Positions 24,121 to 29,094 of a stretch of DNA of 29,094 nucleotides are shown here, piece after piece. The notes under the pieces are model-generated. The model saw only the letters and a program-made list of their open reading frames with translations, did not search any database and was not told the DNA's origin. A program made the position numbers and the translations under genes. Every line of letters begins with the position of its first letter. The first letter of the stretch is position 1. The stretch comes from an uncultured archaeon (GTDB lineage: Archaea > Iainarchaeota > Iainarchaeia > Iainarchaeales > CSSED10-239). The stretch spans positions 22,184-51,277 of the forward strand of contig CAZQEL010000003.1 of the NCBI GenBank assembly GCA_964591795.1, given 5' to 3'.

Positions 24121-24155
24121 TACTATTACACACATATATTACTGAGGGATAAAAA

Positions 24156-25058
24156 ATGATAGATAAAACCATTGAAAAAATAGCTAAAGATATTAAAGAA
24201 ATAAAAATCCAAGGAGCAAGTAATATAGAAATTACTGCCATTAAAGGAATTTTAGAACTTGTTAAGCGAACAAATAAATTAAACGACGCACTTATAGAAG
24301 AAATTAAAGAAAACATAAACCATTTAATTATTCAAAGACCAAATGAACCTAAACTTAGAAACTCAATGAGCTATGTTTTTCAATTAGTTAAAAAACACCC
24401 AAACAATACAGAACCTCTTGAAATAGAAATTGAAAAATATGAAGAAAAAACTGAAAAAGGAAACAATGATATTGCAGAAATGGCTTCTAAATTAATTTCA
24501 AATGGATCAAAAATATTAACCCATTGTCATTCCACTCTTGTTGAAAATACATTTAAAAGAGCACACGACAAAGGAATTGATTTTGAAGTGTTTTGTACGG
24601 AAACAAGACCAAGATATCAAGGAAGAATAACTGCAAAAAATTTAGCTGATTATGGAATTAATACAACTTTAGTTACAGATGCATCAATTACTCATTATCT
24701 TAAGCAAATGGATTACTTTTTTTCAGGATCAGATGTTGTATTCTTTGATGGATCAATTATGAATAAACTAGGAACATATGCAATAAGCCTAGTAGCAAGA
24801 GAATTTAAAACACCACATATTGTATTAACATCAACACATTGTGTTGAAACAAATGATCTTTTAAGTTTCGTTCAAGAAATTGAAGAAAGAAATATAAATG
24901 AAGTTTGGAAAAAAGAAACAAGACCAGAAAAATTAAAAATTAAAAATCCAGCCTTTGATATTGTACCAAATGAATTAATTGATAAATTTATTACAGAAGA
25001 AGGTGTATTCTCACCAGAGACATTATCTTTATGGGTAAACCAACTGGATAAAAAATAA
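24156..25058 (+). CDS. e2b2: eIF-2B alpha/beta/delta family protein, most like ribose-1,5-bisphosphate isomerase
   Basis: N-terminus IKEIKIQGASNI, ILTHCHS (catalytic Cys position), CTETRPRYQGRITAKNLADYGI, SGSDVV (catalytic Asp position), NKLGTYAISLVA and NPAFDIVP. By recollection this tracks the Thermococcus R15P isomerase closely. Confidence 0.78.
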   Translation: MIDKTIEKIAKDIKEIKIQGASNIEITAIKGILELVKRTNKLNDALIEEIKENINHLIIQRPNEPKLRNSMSYVFQLVKKHPNNTEPLEIEIEKYEEKTEKGNNDIAEMASKLISNGSKILTHCHSTLVENTFKRAHDKGIDFEVFCTETRPRYQGRITAKNLADYGINTTLVTDASITHYLKQMDYFFSGSDVVFFDGSIMNKLGTYAISLVAREFKTPHIVLTSTHCVETNDLLSFVQEIEERNINEVWKKETRPEKLKIKNPAFDIVPNELIDKFITEEGVFSPETLSLWVNQLDKK

Positions 25059-25064
25059 ATTATT

Positions 25065-27488
25065 TTAAAAAAATTGATTTAAACCAGTTTGTTTTTTACC
25101 AGTTAAAAGTTCATCTTTAGAAATATTAAATACTTCTATTATTGGTAAAATTGATGGTATTAATTGATTATTTAAATAATAGTCAACATCATAATCTTTT
25201 TCTGAAACCAAATCAATTATTCTTGCTTTCTCAGAAATAGATTTACCTTGTTTATCAGTTATTATATATTCAATAACTTCTTTTCTTTTTAATATAATAC
25301 CATTTTCCTTTGCATTAATATATGCAGACATTGCAGGATTAATAAGCTTATAACTTTTAATTGTTTTATGAATTATAGACTGAATAACTAATTTTTCTAA
25401 AGGAACTTTATGCTCCTGAAGCTCCTTAACCTTAGTTTTAATATATTCAATTGCTGATTTAGGATCTTCTTCTTTTAAAACCAACTTTAATACTTGTCGT
25501 TGAGTTTCTTTAACAAGTGGACACCAATCACGACGTACAAGTTCAAAACCTTTAATTTTTAAATCACCACTAGTTGATAAAAGTGCATATTTTTTCTTAG
25601 CTGCTTTTTCTTTATCCCTTGACATTACAAAAATACCAGTTTTAAATATTTCTTCAAGCTCAAGAGACATTGCTTTTGGTAAAGACTTATTTACTTTTTC
25701 TAAATCATCTTTAAGTTTATCTATATTTTCAAAATGTAAAAAACAAGAATCTGTATCCCCGTAGATTACTTGATAACCCATTTCTTCAAAATTAGTAATT
25801 ATCTCTTGAATTTTTGTTCTTACTAAATGATACATTACATTTAAACAACTTCTACAATACCAACGTGCTCCAGAAAAACCCATATATCCATAAGTGGATG
25901 CAAGTAATATTTTTAGTGCATATTGCTTAGCATAATAGGCTCTATACTCTTGAGTTGTTTTATCTAAAGTTTTCATTTTTTCTTTAATAGGAATTCTTAT
26001 ATTTAATAATTCTGACAAAAGAGAAGGTACAAAACCCTTTATTTTTTTAGAAATTTTGTGACCTAATATTTCTTCACCAGAATCATCAACATCCATAGTT
26101 TCAGGACTTAAATTATAGGTTATTATTAAAGAAATATGATAACTTCTAAAATCAACAATAGCAATATTTTTATGGAGACCAGAAATTGGATCCTTTACAT
26201 AAGCTCCAGTAAAAGTATAGGCATATCTTTCAGATAACTGTTCAGAGGTAGGTTTATTTGGAATTAATAAATTATTTTTAACATAATAATTCATAAACCA
26301 TCTTTCAACCATAAAACCAGCTGAAGATCTCAACACATCAAATACAGGAGTGTAAATTAATTTTGAAATTTCATAGACAATAGTTAAATAATCCTTACCA
26401 AGTTCTTCAGTTGCAATTACATCATCAAGATTGTATTTTGCGATGTCAACTAAATTAAAATTAAGATATGAAAATCTCATTTTTGTTGGAGGCATTTCAA
26501 GTTTTGGTTTACCTGTTATCTTTGTATAAATTGAATTTAAATCAAATTTAGAATAATTAAAAACCTGCAAATAATTTAATAGCTTAATTAACACATAAAC
26601 ATCAACATGAACCATTCCATCAACAGAAACTGTCCTACTTCCTCTTTTTGAAAAAATAATTGAAGATCCATTTAAAGTTAATTCTTGAAAAGTTAAAACT
26701 TTATACCTTTTGAAAAGATATTCAAAATCAAAACCATCACCATTATAAGTAAAAATAACATCGGGATTTGTTTGTCCAAAAAATAAAGCAAATTCTTTAA
26801 TTAATTTAACTTCATCAGTAAAACATAAAACTTTGTCTTTCACAAAATATTTTTTTAATTCCTTTTCCTTAATTTCATCACTATTATTTAAAATAAAAAA
26901 ATAATTTTCATTATTAAACTTAGCAGCAATAGAAATAATTGGCGAATCTTTAGGTGTAGGAAATTGAGTTCCAGAAGGTGGTAAGATTTCAAGATCAAAA
27001 GTAAAATAATCAATATCAGTTAACAAAAGATCATCTAATAATTTAAAAGAAAGAATGTGATCTCCTTCTGCAATATATTCTATTTTTTTAAAATTAGTTA
27101 ATCCAAGGTCCATAAAAGCTCTGGATAGAAAAGGAATATCTGCTTCAAAAAGAGAATAATTGGAACTTAAATTTGCATATGATTCATTTAAATAATGCTT
27201 AGACAAAACTAAAGAATCAACATCCTTAAATATAAGCTTATATACAAAAGACATATTTGATTTTTTAGTTTTTATAATCTCAATAATTCCTTTTAAATTT
27301 TCTTTTAAAAAAATAAAATCATTCTCAACTAATTCAGTTACAGAAATTAAATAAAAATAAGGAGAAAAATCAAAAGTATAATTTTTTTTAAATCCAGAAG
27401 AATCTTTAATTGTTAAAAAAAAAGCCTCTTTATAAAAAGCAGTTACAAAAATACCTGTCTTTTTTAAAAAAGTTGATTTTAAAGTCAT
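25065..27488 (-). CDS. polB: Family B DNA polymerase
   Basis: Exo I FTFDLEI, Exo II FTYNGDGFDFEYL, Exo III YNLDDVIATEEL. Pol motif A is IVDFRSYHISLIITYNLSPET, motif B is KILLASTYGYMG and motif C is VIYGDTDS. No intein. Confidence 0.9.
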   Translation of the reverse strand: MTLKSTFLKKTGIFVTAFYKEAFFLTIKDSSGFKKNYTFDFSPYFYLISVTELVENDFIFLKENLKGIIEIIKTKKSNMSFVYKLIFKDVDSLVLSKHYLNESYANLSSNYSLFEADIPFLSRAFMDLGLTNFKKIEYIAEGDHILSFKLLDDLLLTDIDYFTFDLEILPPSGTQFPTPKDSPIISIAAKFNNENYFFILNNSDEIKEKELKKYFVKDKVLCFTDEVKLIKEFALFFGQTNPDVIFTYNGDGFDFEYLFKRYKVLTFQELTLNGSSIIFSKRGSRTVSVDGMVHVDVYVLIKLLNYLQVFNYSKFDLNSIYTKITGKPKLEMPPTKMRFSYLNFNLVDIAKYNLDDVIATEELGKDYLTIVYEISKLIYTPVFDVLRSSAGFMVERWFMNYYVKNNLLIPNKPTSEQLSERYAYTFTGAYVKDPISGLHKNIAIVDFRSYHISLIITYNLSPETMDVDDSGEEILGHKISKKIKGFVPSLLSELLNIRIPIKEKMKTLDKTTQEYRAYYAKQYALKILLASTYGYMGFSGARWYCRSCLNVMYHLVRTKIQEIITNFEEMGYQVIYGDTDSCFLHFENIDKLKDDLEKVNKSLPKAMSLELEEIFKTGIFVMSRDKEKAAKKKYALLSTSGDLKIKGFELVRRDWCPLVKETQRQVLKLVLKEEDPKSAIEYIKTKVKELQEHKVPLEKLVIQSIIHKTIKSYKLINPAMSAYINAKENGIILKRKEVIEYIITDKQGKSISEKARIIDLVSEKDYDVDYYLNNQLIPSILPIIEVFNISKDELLTGKKQTGLNQFF

Positions 27489-27510
27489 AGATTATCTTTT
27501 AAAAAAAAAA

Positions 27511-28161
27511 TTAAATAAATGAAGCTAAAAGCCCCATTATGAAAATAACTATGATAGTCATAATAACTGTTGAAACTGGATTTTCAAACTTATACATATT
27601 GTCAACAAAATGATACATCATAATTAAATAATAAACAAACAATGAAAGTGCAAAAATTATTAATAACAAAATTCCAATACCTGCTCCAATACCTAATGCT
27701 GGCATATAACCATTACTTACAAAAAATGCTGGATTTTGTAAAATCATTGACATATAAGGAAGAATTTTTGGCATAAAAATAAGTGAAATTGCAATAACAA
27801 TTATTAATGCAAAAATTGCAACTACTCTAAAGGAAGCAAGCCCAGATAATATTTTTTTAAATTCATTACCCTTGAGATTATTCTTACCTTTAACAAAATA
27901 AAGTATAGCGTAAAGTATAGCTCCAAATACAACCCAGCTAACTATAAAATTAATTAAAATTCTAATTGTGAAATATTCTAAAATGTTTGGCATTTTTAAA
28001 AAGAACAATATTAGTGTTTCTAAAAGTATTGACACAAAAATTAAAATTGCAGCAGTACCTAAATCTACTTTATTATAAAAACGAGATATTAATTTTTTTG
28101 GATTTAAACTAGTCACTTCTTTTTCATCATCAACTAAATTTTTCTTTTTTAATCTAACCAT
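27511..28161 (-). CDS. Polytopic membrane protein (possibly Yip1-domain family)
   Basis: 216 aa with a charged N-terminal tail and five hydrophobic helices. The size and topology are typical of Yip1-like proteins, but I did not see a diagnostic motif. Confidence 0.45.
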   Translation of the reverse strand: MVRLKKKNLVDDEKEVTSLNPKKLISRFYNKVDLGTAAILIFVSILLETLILFFLKMPNILEYFTIRILINFIVSWVVFGAILYAILYFVKGKNNLKGNEFKKILSGLASFRVVAIFALIIVIAISLIFMPKILPYMSMILQNPAFFVSNGYMPALGIGAGIGILLLIIFALSLFVYYLIMMYHFVDNMYKFENPVSTVIMTIIVIFIMGLLASFI

Positions 28162-28227
28162 AAGTATTTCACCACTCTAACCTTAGTATTATCTGTATAT
28201 ATCTACTATAAATATATTTATATAATT

Positions 28228-28303
28228 ATGTTTTATAAAAATATGTTTAAAAATCACAATTAATATCTAAAAAACAAATGTTTAAGTAGAAAATGTTTTA
28301 AAT
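28228..28303. promoter_or_regulatory. Four copies of ATGTTT(T)A in the 194-nt divergent intergenic region (starts at 28228, 28243, 28278, 28293)
   Basis: Read directly from the sequence: tATGTTTTATaaaa, tATGTTTAAaaat, aATGTTTAAgtag, aATGTTTTAAatat. They form two pairs, 15 nt apart within a pair and 50 nt between pairs. Confidence 0.3.
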
Positions 28304-28355
28304 ATAAACAATCAAGATATAATTATTAAAATAAAATTAAAAATTAAGAACAAAT

Positions 28356-28844
28356 ATGAAAACTAAAAAAGACGGTCAAATCTTAATGGGAATTTGTAAT
28401 AACTTCAATAAGCTAAGTTATAACAAAGATAAATTTAAACCAAAGTTAATTGAAAGTCATAAATTTGGTGATGGATTTATTATAGAAAGCAATCTTAAAC
28501 GTCAATTAATTGGCCTATACTATAAAAATACAAAAATTGGAATTTTAGGTTTTTCAATTAAAAAAGGAATTTTAAACATAGATGGACTACAAGGAATTCC
28601 TAATAAACAAATGAGATATCCATCAGGTTGGTATGAACATTTATTAAATCCATTAATAATAGCAAGTATCAAAGTATATGAAAACCCAATAAATCTTGCC
28701 AATAAATTAACCTATAATATTATAACCTCAAAAGCTTTAGAAAGCAGAATTAAAGAAATAAAAGAAAACTTAGAAAAATCAAAACGTGAAGTTAAACACC
28801 TAAAGGAAATACCTAAAAACGACATTGCATTTAAAAGACTTTAA
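28356..28844 (+). CDS. Hypothetical soluble protein
   Basis: 162-aa ORF with ATG start and no hydrophobic segment. The C-terminal third is coiled-coil-like (ALESRIKEIKENLEKSKREVKHLKE). No family recognised. Confidence 0.45.
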   Translation: MKTKKDGQILMGICNNFNKLSYNKDKFKPKLIESHKFGDGFIIESNLKRQLIGLYYKNTKIGILGFSIKKGILNIDGLQGIPNKQMRYPSGWYEHLLNPLIIASIKVYENPINLANKLTYNIITSKALESRIKEIKENLEKSKREVKHLKEIPKNDIAFKRL

Positions 28845-29094
28845 TATAATAAAAAATAACTAATCTTACAAAATAATAGATTAATTTTCACAAAAAAAGT
28901 AAGAGATGATTATTTTACAAAAGAAAGTTTTTTAAATCTTAATAAATCAAGAGTAATTTTTATTGTAAAAGCACATACAAATTATTTTAAATCTTTATCT
29001 AAAACTCCACTTATAAAGCCTAAACATAAAATTATTAAAATCAATAAAAAAAGATAAAATTTTATTTTTTCCAATAAAAAATATTGTTTACAAA

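Noticed and set aside
24038-24316. Hydrophobic N-terminal 93 codons of the track ftsZ ORF (a possible membrane-anchored FtsZ)
   Set aside because: The segment overlaps the divergent e2b2 gene and its promoter, and its composition looks like antisense sequence. A Shine-Dalgarno-preceded GTG/TTG sits exactly where FtsZ proteins normally begin. It is kept only as a caveat in the ftsZ finding.
28520-28702. 60-aa minus-strand ORF inside 28356..28844
   Set aside because: It is short and fully nested antisense in a longer ORF, with no start context.
28982-29094. Minus-strand open frame entering from the right window edge (...CKQYFLLEKIKFYLFYLILIILCLGFISGVLDKDLK stop at 28984-28982)
   Set aside because: It could be the C-terminal end of a membrane protein gene lying mostly outside the window. 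Only about 37 codons are visible and nothing is diagnostic, so it is too weak to call as a feature.
1-29094. CRISPR arrays, rRNA genes, transposases/integrases/prophage, toxin-antitoxin or known defence systems
   Set aside because: I scanned both strands for regularly spaced direct repeats, long GC-rich structured stretches and characteristic catalytic motifs. I found none. The only GC-rich structured element is the tRNA-Leu gene.
1-29094. Alternative genetic code (TGA or TAG reassignment)
   Set aside because: Conserved genes (glyS, polB, ftsZ, flaI-like, map) are full-length and uninterrupted under the standard code. TAA, TAG and TGA all occur as terminal stops at sensible protein ends.

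Overview
This is a very AT-rich (about one quarter G+C by eye), gene-dense archaeal chromosome segment. It uses the standard genetic code. Most intergenic gaps are under 120 nt, and several genes overlap by 4 to 11 nt or meet at convergent stop codons. Many starts are preceded by a GGTG/GAGTGAT-type Shine-Dalgarno. Several longest-ORF calls in the supplied track begin at spurious upstream TTG codons. Clear archaeal housekeeping genes are RNase HII (partial), eL33, Nop5-fibrillarin, cyclophilin, archaeal-type GlyRS, tRNA-Leu(UAG), Pus10, Ogg-type glycosylase, MetAP2, the conserved ftsZ-secE-spt5-rpl11 cluster, an eIF-2B-family ribose-1,5-bisphosphate isomerase and a family-B DNA polymerase. Two small translocon genes are absent from the ORF track and were found by hand: Sec61beta at 13453..13617 and SecE at 22791..22967. 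The composition, short proteins and missing domains suggest a small-genome, DPANN-like archaeon, but this is inference. From about 7.7 to 21.7 kb lies a cell-surface island. It holds a coiled-coil plus sequon-rich membrane protein pair, a Wzx-like flippase, a large LamG-like anchored protein, pilin-like ORFs, a FlaI/PilB-type ATPase and several anchored surface proteins. The best candidate for an undescribed system is the type IV filament-like locus at 11.6-18.0 kb. Its ATPase carries a long Lys-rich N-terminal extension, and I recognise no platform (FlaJ/PilC) or prepilin peptidase gene beside it. I saw no CRISPR array, rRNA, transposase/integrase or recognisable defence genes. All family assignments come from reading motifs by eye and need HMM or structure confirmation.
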